Source of the DNA: a bacterium
GTDB lineage: Bacteria; Zhuqueibacterota; QNDG01; DTFT01
Reading direction: 5' to 3'
DNA length: 52,324 bases
Assembly (NCBI GenBank): GCA_016933415.1
Contig: JAFGAX010000173.1
Location: forward strand, 1-52,324
Of this stretch, positions 8,725 through 19,300 are shown piece by piece. Each line of letters begins with the position of its first letter. Within the stretch, counting starts at the first letter, position 1. The notes under the pieces were generated by a model. The model was not told the DNA's origin. It ran no database searches and was given only the letters and a program-made list of their open reading frames with translations. The translations under genes were made by a program, and so were the position numbers.

Positions 8725-10542
8725 ATGACCCGAACCCGTCACACACGAACCCGGATCCACTACGCCCTCCGTCTCGGCCGCGCGCTCCGGCTGGTCTGGC
8801 AGACCGCCCGGGGATGGACGGCCGCCCATGCCATTCTACTGGCCTTTCAGGGCATCCTGCCTCTTGTTTCACTCTATCTGACGAAATTGATGATCGATTC
8901 CGTGGTGGCCGGAATCTCGGCTCCGGACAAATCCGCGGCTTTCGGCCGCGTCGCTGCGCTTCTCGCCTGGACCGGTCTGGTCGCCCTCGCTTCGGCCCTG
9001 ATCCGATCCTCTTCGGACCTGATCGCCGAGAACCAGTCCATGATCCTGACAGACCGGATCTCCGATATCCTGCATGAAAAATCCGTGGAAATCGATCTCG
9101 CCTATTATGAAAATCCGAAATATTTCGACACCCTGCATCGCGCACAGCAGGAGGCGCCTTCCAGACCGACACGGATCGTAAACGGCCTGGCCCAGGTCGG
9201 CATGAACGGGCTTTCCCTGGCGGCCATGGCCGGCCTTCTGGTCTCCCTGCACTGGGCGGTTGCGGCGGTTCTTTTTGTCGCCGTGGCGCCCGGTATCGTT
9301 GTCCGGATGCGGTTTTCCGGAATCCTGTTCCGCTGGCAGAGGGAGCACACGCATGCCGAGCGGAAAGCCTGGTATCATCATTGGATGCTGACAGGCGACC
9401 AGCACGCCAAGGAAATCCGTCTCTTCGGACTGGGCGCCTTGTTTCGGGAGCGGTTTCGGGGCCTGAGACGGATCCTCCGGCGGGAGCGGCTGGCGCTCTC
9501 GGCCAGGCGTTCCCTTGCCGATTTTCTCGCGCAGGCCGGCGCGACCGCGGCCATATACGGTTCATACGCGTTCATCGCCTATCAGGCGGTTACGGGCCGG
9601 ATCACCATCGGTGATCTGTTCATGTACTTTCAGGCTTTCCAGCGCGGACAGGGACACCTGCAGCAGCTTCTATCCGGGCTGGCGGGACTGTATGAGGACA
9701 ATCTGTTCCTGTCCAATTTCTACGAGTTTCTGGACATCCGGCCGCGTATCCGGCCCCCGGCTCGGCCGCGGCCCTTCCCGAAACCCGTCCGGAAGGACAT
9801 CTGTTTCAGCCATGTCTCTTTCGGTTATCCGGGCGGCAGACGAAAGGTTTTTTCCGACCTGTCGCTATCCGTGGGCGCCGGAGAACACGTTGCCCTGGTG
9901 GGGAACAATGGGTCCGGAAAAACGACTCTGGTCAAGCTTCTATGCCGCCTCTACGACCCTGATCAGGGGGAAATCACGATAGACGGTATCCCACTCCGGG
10001 AATTCGATCCGGACGGACTCAGACGGGAAATCAGCGTCATTCTGCAGGACTATGCGCGCTATCACGCCTCCGCCGGCGAAAACATCTGGTTCGGCGATGT
10101 CCGGGCGAAGAGGGACGAGGCCCGCCTCCGGGCGGCCGCGGAAAAGGCGGGCGCCGACGGCGTGCTCGATGGACTGCCCCTCGGCCTCCATACCATGCTC
10201 GGCAAATGGTTCGACAAGGGAGAGGAACTAAGCATCGGAGAATGGCAGAAGATGGCCCTGGCGCGGGCGTTTTTCAAGTCCGGCCAGATCCTCGTTCTTG
10301 ACGAGCCCACCAGTTCTTTGGACGCGAAATCCGAAACGGAAGTGTTCAAGCGCTTCCGGGAACTGGCCAGGGGCCGGACCGCTCTTCTCATCAGCCACCG
10401 TTTTTCCACCGTCCGGATGGCGGACCGGATCGTCGTCATCGAGAACGGTTCGGTTCTTGAAAACGGTTCGCACGGCGAGTTGATCCGGAAAGGCGGCCAG
10501 TATGCGCGCATGTTCAAGGCGCAGGCGCGGAATTACCGGTGA
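8725..10542 (+). CDS. ABC exporter, fused permease/ATPase
   Basis: TM domain plus Walker A GNNGSGKTT, LSIGEWQK signature, ILVLDEPTS, ISHR. Confidence 0.9.
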   Translation: MTRTRHTRTRIHYALRLGRALRLVWQTARGWTAAHAILLAFQGILPLVSLYLTKLMIDSVVAGISAPDKSAAFGRVAALLAWTGLVALASALIRSSSDLIAENQSMILTDRISDILHEKSVEIDLAYYENPKYFDTLHRAQQEAPSRPTRIVNGLAQVGMNGLSLAAMAGLLVSLHWAVAAVLFVAVAPGIVVRMRFSGILFRWQREHTHAERKAWYHHWMLTGDQHAKEIRLFGLGALFRERFRGLRRILRRERLALSARRSLADFLAQAGATAAIYGSYAFIAYQAVTGRITIGDLFMYFQAFQRGQGHLQQLLSGLAGLYEDNLFLSNFYEFLDIRPRIRPPARPRPFPKPVRKDICFSHVSFGYPGGRRKVFSDLSLSVGAGEHVALVGNNGSGKTTLVKLLCRLYDPDQGEITIDGIPLREFDPDGLRREISVILQDYARYHASAGENIWFGDVRAKRDEARLRAAAEKAGADGVLDGLPLGLHTMLGKWFDKGEELSIGEWQKMALARAFFKSGQILVLDEPTSSLDAKSETEVFKRFRELARGRTALLISHRFSTVRMADRIVVIENGSVLENGSHGELIRKGGQYARMFKAQARNYR

Positions 10543-11855
10543 AGGAAAAAGACGTGCCGGACCCGAGCCCTGACTGCCGCCTGCTGGACTGCCTCGCCTG
10601 CTACGCTGTCGCGGACAGGAGCCGGGTCCTGCACCGATGGTCCGAGCGTGACTGGGCGGAGTGTATCGGGCAGGCGGAGCGCCACGGACTGTCCGCCTAC
10701 CTGAGCCGCAGGCTGAAGGAAACCGATCCGGCGGTCACAATCCCCTCCGCAGTGCTCGATCGTCTCCGGTTGGCCATTCTGACGGACGCCTCTCGGAGTA
10801 TCCGGCACTTCCACGGCATTTCCAGAATCCTCGGCATTTTAAAATCCGCCGGCATCCCGGTCATCGTCCTGAAAGGCGCCCATCTGGCGGAATCCGTTTA
10901 TGGCGACATCGCGCTCAGGCCGATGGGCGACCTGGATCTGCTTTTGCCGGCGGATGTCATTCCGGAGGCATCGGAACGTCTGCTGGGCGCGGGTTTCACC
11001 CCGATGAACGCATCCGCTTCCTCCTGGCTTGAATGGACTGCGGATGAGAAGCAGGGATTTCTCAGGGGCGCCAAACATTTCTTCGATCTGCTCCATCCCG
11101 TGTGGCGATTGAAAGTCGATCTCCACGCATCCCTCGTCCGGTTCAGTGATCCCTTCACGATCGACGACGCTGCGCTCTGGACCCGGGCCGTAGCGGCGCG
11201 CGTTGCCGGTGCAGACACGCTTGTTCTGGCGCCCGCCGATGCGCTGCTCTATCTGTGCCTCCATACATCCGTCGTCCACCGGTACCGGTTCGGCCTGCGT
11301 CCGCTGGTGGATCTCCATGAAACCCTCCGGCGCCACGCAAACAACCTGGACTGGACGGAGGCATCGGCACGGGCCCGTGAATGGGGCGCGGAAAGAAGCG
11401 TCTGGCTGACATTGCGGATATGCCGCGATCTCCTGGGAGCGCCGGTTCCCGAGACGGCGCTGAAGCAACTCGAGCCCCGGACGGTGCGTCCCGGATACCG
11501 GGCGCTTGCAATCCGGAACATTTTTTCAACAAACGGAAATGCGCGGGTTCTGCCGGATGAACTGATCCGTTCATGGAGCGCGGCACGCTTCCGGGACCGT
11601 TTGTCCGCCCTGATCCGGTCTTTTTTTCCTCCGGCCCGCGTCATGGCCCTGATGTACCCGGCTTCTCCCGGCTCCCGTCGCATGGCGCTGTATTATCCGG
11701 TCCGGTGGAAGGATTTGTTCGCCAGATGGGGAAGGACCTTCTGGGCTCTTCTGATCCGTCGGCGCCAGGAGGGAATGCGACTGGCGGAGGAAAAAAACGA
11801 GGTCGAATTCACGGACTGGCTGAAAAGAAAGGAATCACAGCGATCGACGTTTTAA
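10539..11855 (+). CDS. Nucleotidyltransferase family protein (NTP_transf_5-like)
   Basis: VIVLKGAHL...RPMGDLDLL, VDLH; GTGA overlap with the ABC gene. Confidence 0.8.
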   Translation: MKEKDVPDPSPDCRLLDCLACYAVADRSRVLHRWSERDWAECIGQAERHGLSAYLSRRLKETDPAVTIPSAVLDRLRLAILTDASRSIRHFHGISRILGILKSAGIPVIVLKGAHLAESVYGDIALRPMGDLDLLLPADVIPEASERLLGAGFTPMNASASSWLEWTADEKQGFLRGAKHFFDLLHPVWRLKVDLHASLVRFSDPFTIDDAALWTRAVAARVAGADTLVLAPADALLYLCLHTSVVHRYRFGLRPLVDLHETLRRHANNLDWTEASARAREWGAERSVWLTLRICRDLLGAPVPETALKQLEPRTVRPGYRALAIRNIFSTNGNARVLPDELIRSWSAARFRDRLSALIRSFFPPARVMALMYPASPGSRRMALYYPVRWKDLFARWGRTFWALLIRRRQEGMRLAEEKNEVEFTDWLKRKESQRSTF

Positions 11856-11934
11856 GCGGCCGACCGGATTGAAAAACCGGTTTGGCCGCGCCGGCAGCGC
11901 CGATCCAAACCAGTTTATCGGGAGGAACCGATTG

Positions 11935-12333
11935 ATGAACAGGATGAAGGACGAATCACGTGAAAAGAGGAAGACCAAACGGTACTGCAAGACGCTGGAG
12001 TTGAAAGACGATCCGGCTCTGATGCAGGCGTACAAAGAAGCCCATGCGCCCGGGGCCTGTTGGCCGGAAATCGCGACGGGCATGAGGGAAGTCGGCATCC
12101 TGGACATGGAAATTTACATGGACGGACCGAGGCTCTTCATGATCATGGAGACGGTTCTGGATTTCGACCATGACCGCGCCATGGCTGAACTGGCGAAAAG
12201 GCCCAGGCAGGCCGAATGGGAAGCGGGCATGTCACGGTTCCAGACCGCTTCCGCGACGTCCACGGCGGGCGAGAAATGGAAAATGATGGAGCGGATTTAT
12301 AAGATGGAGGATTCCGGGGGACCGGTCGGATGA
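11935..12333 (+). CDS. L-rhamnose/L-fucose mutarotase family (RhaM-like)
   Basis: RYCKTLELKDDP...YKEAH...WPEI...GILDMEIY...RLFMIMET...WE; GGAGG RBS. Confidence 0.85.
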   Translation: MNRMKDESREKRKTKRYCKTLELKDDPALMQAYKEAHAPGACWPEIATGMREVGILDMEIYMDGPRLFMIMETVLDFDHDRAMAELAKRPRQAEWEAGMSRFQTASATSTAGEKWKMMERIYKMEDSGGPVG

Positions 12334-12375
12334 AGCGTGATATCCAATGATTCCGGGGCGGCATCGAGAAAACGC

Positions 12376-12404
12376 TTGACATTGGCGAATAAATAGAGTA
12401 CTAT
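12376..12404 (+). promoter_or_regulatory. Sigma70 promoter of the LacI gene
   Basis: TTGACA(12376-12381)-17 nt-TACTAT(12399-12404). Confidence 0.75.
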
Positions 12405-12415
12405 TACCTCAATAA

Positions 12416-12431
12416 ACTTACACGAGTAAGT
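12416..12431. promoter_or_regulatory. Candidate LacI-family operator 1
   Basis: ACTTAC-ACGA-GTAAGT palindrome with central CG, between the promoter and ATG. Confidence 0.65.
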
Positions 12432-12433
12432 CG

Positions 12434-13465
12434 ATGCCCATCATCAATCAGTCCGAAATCGCCCGGAAATTGAAGGTCAGCCGCGCCACGGTCTCAAAGG
12501 CGCTCAAGGGGGATTCGGATATTTCAGACGAAATGAAACAGCGTGTCCGCGATCTCGCTGACAAATTGAATTACATTCCGCATTATCACGCCCGGGGACT
12601 TCATTCCCGGAAATCCATGACCATCGGCGTCGTCGTGCCCGACATCTCGAACTCCTTTTTTTCCTATGCGGTCGACGGTATCATGGACGTGGCCGTGCGT
12701 TCCGGATATCATATTATCCTGGCTGTTTCCCGGGAAAAGAGTGAAATTGAAAAAAAGAACATCCTGAATCTGCTGTCGATGCGGGTGGACGGATTGTTGA
12801 TTGCCGTTTCAAAGGAATCACCGGATATCCAGATTTATCAGAAAGTGAAAATTTCGGATGTCCCCTTGATTTTTTTCGACCGTGTGCTGGAGGGGCAGGG
12901 ATCCGGATTCGTCGGCATTGACGACAGGGGCGCGGCGAAAAAGCTGATTGATTTCGTCATTCGGTGCGGATACCGGAACATCGGTCATCTGGCCGGATCC
13001 TCACTTGTTCGGATCGGCCGGGACCGTCTCAGCGGATATCTGGACTCCCTGAGGGATCACGGATTGCCGGTTCGGAGAGAATGGATCGTGGAAGGCGGTT
13101 TCGAACGGAAGGACGGAATCTCAGGATTCGAAAAAATCTGGATGGGCCGGGATAAACCGGAAGTCGTTTTCGCGGCGAACGATCAAATCGCACTTGGCGC
13201 GTATGACGCCATCCGGGAAAAAGGATTAAAGATTCCGGATGATATCGGGGTAGTCGCTTTCGGACACCATGACTTCGCGAAAATTCCCTCCCCCTGCATG
13301 ACCATCATCAATGTGGATCCCTATGATCTGGGACTGCAGGCGATGGAGATGATGCTCCAATGCATACGGGGCGAGAAGGGATGCGAGAAAAAGGTCCTGA
13401 TCGATTCTGAAATAGAAATCGGAGAATCGCTGAAAGTGCCGGGAAAGCCGGAACCCCATGCGTGA
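12434..13465 (+). CDS. LacI family transcriptional regulator
   Basis: EIARKLKVSRATVSKAL HTH, hinge ARGL, sugar-binding domain (VFAAND, IPDDIGVVAF). Confidence 0.95.
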   Translation: MPIINQSEIARKLKVSRATVSKALKGDSDISDEMKQRVRDLADKLNYIPHYHARGLHSRKSMTIGVVVPDISNSFFSYAVDGIMDVAVRSGYHIILAVSREKSEIEKKNILNLLSMRVDGLLIAVSKESPDIQIYQKVKISDVPLIFFDRVLEGQGSGFVGIDDRGAAKKLIDFVIRCGYRNIGHLAGSSLVRIGRDRLSGYLDSLRDHGLPVRREWIVEGGFERKDGISGFEKIWMGRDKPEVVFAANDQIALGAYDAIREKGLKIPDDIGVVAFGHHDFAKIPSPCMTIINVDPYDLGLQAMEMMLQCIRGEKGCEKKVLIDSEIEIGESLKVPGKPEPHA

Positions 13466-13480
13466 TGATTTTTCGCATCA

Positions 13481-13496
13481 ACTTACTCGATAAAGT
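13481..13496. promoter_or_regulatory. Candidate LacI-family operator 2
   Basis: ACTTACTCGATAAAGT shares 13/16 with the reverse complement of operator 1 (ACTTACTCGTGTAAGT); upstream of the TonB receptor. Confidence 0.55.
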
Positions 13497-13565
13497 AAAT
13501 GATTTTCTGCAGGTCTGCGGCCAGGCACACTCAGGTCGGAATTCAGCAGGGAAGAAGGAGGAAGC

Positions 13566-16319
13566 ATGCGCGGAAAAAACCGGTGTCGTGTCCTTGCACT
13601 TGCGGCGGTCATCCTGTTCAGCGGATCGACGGTCGGTCAAACGACGGGGAAAATCGGGGGGATCGTCATTGACAAAGCCACTCGGGAACCCCTGATCGGC
13701 GCGAACGTCATGCTGGTGGGGACCTCCATGGGAACCGTCGCCGACCTTCAGGGGAATTATTACATCATCAATATCTCTCCGGGCACATACTCGGTTCAGG
13801 CGAACATGATCGGGTACCGCCCGGTGCGGATGCAGAACGTCCGTATCAGCGTCAACGCCACGACGACGATCCGGTTCGAGATGGAGAAAACCGTCCTTCA
13901 GGGTGAACCCGTGGTCGTCACGGCGAGCGCCGTGTCCTTCAAGAAGGACCAGACCAGCTCGATCCGGAACGTATCGGCCGACCAGATGGCCCGGTTGCCC
14001 GTGGAGAATGTCGATCAGGTGGTGAACATGCAGGCGGGCATCGTCGCGGGCCATTTCCGGGGCGGAAGGACCAGCGAATCCGCATTCATGATCGATGGCC
14101 TTCAGGTGGTCAATTCCTTTAGCGAATATTCGCGCCAGAGCGTGTACGTCGAGAAGGAGACGGTGCAGGACCTGGAGGTGATCAAGGGAACCTTCGACGC
14201 GGAATACGGCCGCGCGATGAGCGGCATGGTCAATGCCGTCACCAAGGACGGCGGCAATATCTGGCGCATGCAGGTGTCGAGCGGATTCAGCAATTATCTC
14301 ACGTCGCACGATGACATCTTCATCGGACTCGGCGACTCGGGCGCCCTCTCCCGGAACCTGAGCCGCGATTACAAGGCTCAGATCGAGGGACCCATCCTGA
14401 GGGATCGGTTGACGTTTTTCGTCAATTACCGGAAGCAGGACAATCGCGGCCCGATCAACGGCATCCGGCGTTTTAATCCGTGGGATTACAGCGTGTATCC
14501 GTCGAATGACCCGGCATCCTGGCATATCGAGCACACCGGGGACAACGCATACGTGGCGATGCAGCAGGATTTCTACGACAACCTGCTCGCCAAGCTGACC
14601 CTGAAACCATTCTCCAATTTCAAAGCGAATCTGCTGTATTCATTCAATGGGAGCAAGAGCAAACGATTTAATAACGGGTTGGGAGATTATCAGTATAAAT
14701 ACAATCCCGATGGACTGCCGTGGGATTTCAGCGCGGTCCATCTGGCGTCGTTCGACGTCAACCATATGCTGTCCCGTTCGCTGTATTACAACCTGAAGCT
14801 GTCGGCCAGCGACCGCAGGGAGGAATCGTACCTGTACGAGAATCCGCTGGATCCGCGCTACATCAGTCCGAATTACCGCGGCAGCCGGGAAACCGGTTTC
14901 TACACAGGCGGCATGGTGGACCCCGGCAAGAGAATGGACGCCTTCCTGAGGGGGGACGCCAAATTCGATCTGTACTGGCAGGCCAACCGGAACCACGGAT
15001 TCAAGACCGGTTTTCAATACACTTCGCATGTGGTGGACCGCGACCGGATTGACGTACGGAACGTGTACGACGGCTTGCCTGAAGCGAATGACATGGCCGT
15101 GGATTGGGAAACCGGCAAGATCACGTTCCCGAACTACATTCCTGAAATCATCCCCATCACCGAAAATACGGTCAACATTTACCAGGTCAAACCCTACGAA
15201 ATGTCCGGATATATCCAGGATAAAATGGAATTCGAGGAAATGGTCATCAAGTTGGGGCTCCGTTACGATTATTTCAATGCCAATTATCACTATCCGTCCA
15301 ATCTCAGGAACCCGGGGAACCAGCTCTCACTTCCGGATTCCATGATGTCCACCTACCCCGGGAACACGCCCCAGACGCAGTTCAGCCCCCGACTGGGGTT
15401 GTCCTACAAGCTGAGCGACCAGGCCGTGCTCCGATTCAGCTACGGGCATTTCTTCCAGATGCCCCAGATGTTCGCCCTGTTCGAGGACAATATTTTCCGT
15501 GTTTCCCCGTTCAATTACCAGACCACCATGGGCAATTCACAGCTCAAGGCGGAGAAAACGGTTCAGTACGAACTCGGAATCTGGCAGCAGCTCATGCCCG
15601 GCATGGGGCTCGAAGTGTCTGTGTATTACAAGGACATCTACAACCTGCTCAGCACCAAGGTCATGACCACCTACAACCAGATCCGGTACGGCCTCTTCAC
15701 CAACAAGGATTACGGCAACGCGCGCGGAATCGAACTCACCTGGGATTACATGACCGGCGGGCTGTCTTCCATCGTCAACTTCACGTACGCCTTCACCCGG
15801 GGCGTCGCGGACAACCCGCGTGAGACGTTCACCCGCGCGGGAAACAGCATGGATCCGATCTCGCGTCTGATCCCCATGTCCTGGGACCAGCTGTACACGG
15901 CGAATGCCACGATCGCGTATTCCATGCGGAATTTCGACGTGGCGCTGACCGGATACCTCAACTCGGGCACGCCGTATTCCTACGCGCCTCCCGGATACAG
16001 CCCGCTGTACCGGATCAATCTGTATCAGAACAATTCGAAGAAACCCGTGAGCACGTCGTTCGATCTCTCGGCGGGTTATACCGTGCCGCTTTTCGGACGG
16101 CATCGCCTGAGGCTGACGCTCAACGCGTACAACCTGTTCGACCGGCTGAATGCCGCCTGGGTGTACAGCGACACGGGGGATCCCGGATCGACGATCGTCA
16201 CCGAAGGCGATCTGCTCAACCACCGGAGCGACTTTAATGATTATTACGACCGGATCAAGAATCCGACCGCGTACACCTATCCCCGGTCGGTGAAACTGAC
16301 CGTGGGATACGGTTTCTGA
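13566..16319 (+). CDS. TonB-dependent receptor with N-terminal carboxypeptidase-regulatory-like domain
   Basis: Signal peptide, GKIGGIVID...EPLIGANV, plug HFRGGR...IDG and FDAEYG...SGMVN, FSPRLG, C-terminal Phe. Confidence 0.9.
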   Translation: MRGKNRCRVLALAAVILFSGSTVGQTTGKIGGIVIDKATREPLIGANVMLVGTSMGTVADLQGNYYIINISPGTYSVQANMIGYRPVRMQNVRISVNATTTIRFEMEKTVLQGEPVVVTASAVSFKKDQTSSIRNVSADQMARLPVENVDQVVNMQAGIVAGHFRGGRTSESAFMIDGLQVVNSFSEYSRQSVYVEKETVQDLEVIKGTFDAEYGRAMSGMVNAVTKDGGNIWRMQVSSGFSNYLTSHDDIFIGLGDSGALSRNLSRDYKAQIEGPILRDRLTFFVNYRKQDNRGPINGIRRFNPWDYSVYPSNDPASWHIEHTGDNAYVAMQQDFYDNLLAKLTLKPFSNFKANLLYSFNGSKSKRFNNGLGDYQYKYNPDGLPWDFSAVHLASFDVNHMLSRSLYYNLKLSASDRREESYLYENPLDPRYISPNYRGSRETGFYTGGMVDPGKRMDAFLRGDAKFDLYWQANRNHGFKTGFQYTSHVVDRDRIDVRNVYDGLPEANDMAVDWETGKITFPNYIPEIIPITENTVNIYQVKPYEMSGYIQDKMEFEEMVIKLGLRYDYFNANYHYPSNLRNPGNQLSLPDSMMSTYPGNTPQTQFSPRLGLSYKLSDQAVLRFSYGHFFQMPQMFALFEDNIFRVSPFNYQTTMGNSQLKAEKTVQYELGIWQQLMPGMGLEVSVYYKDIYNLLSTKVMTTYNQIRYGLFTNKDYGNARGIELTWDYMTGGLSSIVNFTYAFTRGVADNPRETFTRAGNSMDPISRLIPMSWDQLYTANATIAYSMRNFDVALTGYLNSGTPYSYAPPGYSPLYRINLYQNNSKKPVSTSFDLSAGYTVPLFGRHRLRLTLNAYNLFDRLNAAWVYSDTGDPGSTIVTEGDLLNHRSDFNDYYDRIKNPTAYTYPRSVKLTVGYGF

Positions 16320-16381
16320 CCCGGCAGGCTCGGGTCCTTCCTTTTACGGATGAAAGAACACCCATTCAGGGGAGAATCGGC

Positions 16382-19300
16382 ATGAAAATACAGACTGGAA
16401 TTCTCGCGGCGTGCCTGGGGGCGGTGTTGTGCGCATCCGGCGTCCGGGCGCAGGGCAGGCCGTACACGGGTCCGGAGGATCCGGCGGGAGACATCTCCGC
16501 CATCCGTTCCGGATATATGAACATGAACCGGCTTTTGCTGTATTTCGAGAATAACACGCAGATCGCCGACTTTCCGGCGACCGGCACGAGCCGCTGGCCG
16601 AACGATTACACGGGACAGCGGATGATCGATGTCGCGTCCATTCTGGCCGGAAGCGAAGTTTACATTTACCAGGATTCCATTCCGATCGACCGGCTGGACG
16701 ACCCGCGTCTGCTTGAGGCTGGTTCCCTCGATACGCTGTATTTCGTGGAGTCCCATTCTTACCCGGATGATAAACCGGATTTGAATTACGACGGAACCGT
16801 GGAATGGGGCATATATCCGGTGCCCGGATACAGCAATGCCGCCCAGGATTACGCGGCCATGAGCAACAAACCGGAATCCTGGCCGCCGGACGGGTGGCCC
16901 CTGACCGGTTTCACCAAGGTCTGGCCGGGCGAATGGAACGGTCGATTCGGCCGCGGGGTCATGAAGGCGGCGCTGGAATCGTACTTCGTCGCCAATGACG
17001 CGCAGGACATGGAACACATCATCCAGCGGAACGATCCGGAAGAGAAACTCATCACGCTCGGCCCCCGGTATCTGCCCAGACCGGGCCGTTTCATCGGAGA
17101 CATCGATCCGAACGTCACGATCCAGAAAGGCCTTCCGTGGGGGGGGCTCGGCCTGCGTTACGAAGTGCGGGGATATCAATGGGCCAATAACGAAGCGCAG
17201 GACATCGTTTTCTGGGAATACAATGTTTCCAATATTTCGGACTACGATCTGCCGATCAGCGGATTCGGCTATTACGTGGACAACAGCATCGGCGGAGACG
17301 CCAGCGGGGAGAACGAGGTCGGTTTCAGGGACAAGGTTCTCGATCTTGCCTACGTTTGGGAGAGGTTGGGGCAGGGGGAGGGCGGAAGGATACCCGGTGT
17401 CATGGGATATGCCTATCTGGAAAGTCCCGGGAAAGCCTTTGATGGCATCGATAACGACGATGACGGTATCATCGACGAGAGCCGGGACAACCCTGCCGGA
17501 CAATGGGTCGCCGCGGACATGGGACCGAACGGGAGGCTGATCGATGTGGAAAAGTTCCGCGCCTTCAACCACCGGGAACCCCAGCCGCATTGGGAAGGAG
17601 ACGAGGACCAGGACTGGCAGGACGGCATCGACCCTGATCAGGACGGCTCCTATGCCGATCGGACCGAGAGCGGTGAATGGGTGCTGGAACTCGGCGCGTT
17701 CGCCGGCGATGATGTGGGCATGGACGGCGTCGGTCCCGGCGATCTGAACTACTATGGCCCGGACGCGGACGGCAGCGAGTGCAACCATCAGCCGGACTTC
17801 ATCGACGTCAAAGGCGAACCCAATTTCGGGCCTCTGGACATCAGCGAATCCGACATGGTCGGATTGACCAGTTTTCTGCTGTTCGACTGGGCGCAGTGGC
17901 AGAACACCCTTCGTCTGACCCTGAACGAGGACATGAATGTCTGGAATGTGATGAATTCGGATACGCTGTGCGATTACCTGGTCGCCGGCTCCTACGGATC
18001 CATCTATATGATCTTCGCCTCCTCACCGTTCCCGCTCTACAAGGGCAGGACCGAACGGGTGTCCATGGCCTTTATGGCGGCCTATGAAAATCTGGCCACC
18101 CTGAACGCCAAGGCGCACCGGGCTGAAAACCTGTTCCGGCTCAAGGAGGTCGCCCAGATCATCTACGATCACGATTATCAGTTTGCACAGCCGCCGCTCA
18201 TGCCCACGCTCAAGGCATCGGCCGGCGACGGCCAAGTCGTCCTGACCTGGGATAACATATCGGATACCAAGACGCGCGAACCGCTCCTGCAGAACGTCAA
18301 CGATTTCGAGGGATACAAGCTCTACAAATCAACGGACAAGTTCATGTCGGACGCGCGGATCATCACGGACGGCAAGGGCACGCGGAAATTCCGGGCGCCG
18401 ATTTTCCAGTGCGACAGGGTCGACAGCATCAAGGGCTACAGCAGTCTCGGGGGCACGATGGACGGGCACCTCGTGTATCTCGGAGACGACACGGGAATCC
18501 GGCATTACTTCATCGACACCGACGTGCAGAACGGCCGAACGTACTATTACGCGCTGGTGGCCTATGATTACGGCGTCGATGACCTGGACATCGCGCCGGC
18601 GGAAAGCGGAGTCGATATCGAGCTGGATGAGGCCGAAAATGTGGTCCGGATCGGGCAGAACGTGCAGGTCGTGACTCCCGGGCAGACGGCCGCGGGATAC
18701 GTCCCCCCCGAAATCGCAATCGACGGGGCGAATTCGAGCGAACGTCTCACGGGGGGAATGGTCGAGCCGGCCGTCGTCGATTCGAAGGAGATCCAGCCCG
18801 GGCACCGATACCGGGTCGCGTTCAACACTTCGGTCATCGGCAATTACGCGCTCTCAAAGACGCGCCGGGCGCTTCGCGACGCCAGACGGGTGACATCCGG
18901 AATGCGGATCGAAGACGTCACGGAATCCCCCATGACCGTGTATGAGGAAGATGCGGCGAGGGGATATACGGAATCCAACCTGCAGTATGATTCGGATCTG
19001 AAGACCTGGCGCCTCCAGGCCGGCTCGACGATTTCAACCGATGTTTTCGACGGGCTTCTATGCCGCATCATTGTTCCGCCGGATTCGGTTTACATCGAGC
19101 GCGATCCGGCTAAAACCGGCTGGATTCAGGGGCAGGCGGCGATCCGGATCCAGGCTGGTCCTGCATTGTCATTTTTCCCCTTCCAGTATGAAATCATCTT
19201 CGATCCGGACGCGGAATACCAGTCCATCACCAACCGCACAAGCGGAATCTATGATGTGGACGGATCGCTCGTGTCCAACCGGAAAAGAGGCATCGGACTG

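Noticed and set aside
13308-17788. Long minus-strand ORFs (408, 216, 228 and 503 aa)
   Set aside because: Antisense shadows of the TonB receptor and the large secreted protein, as expected from high-GC codon bias.
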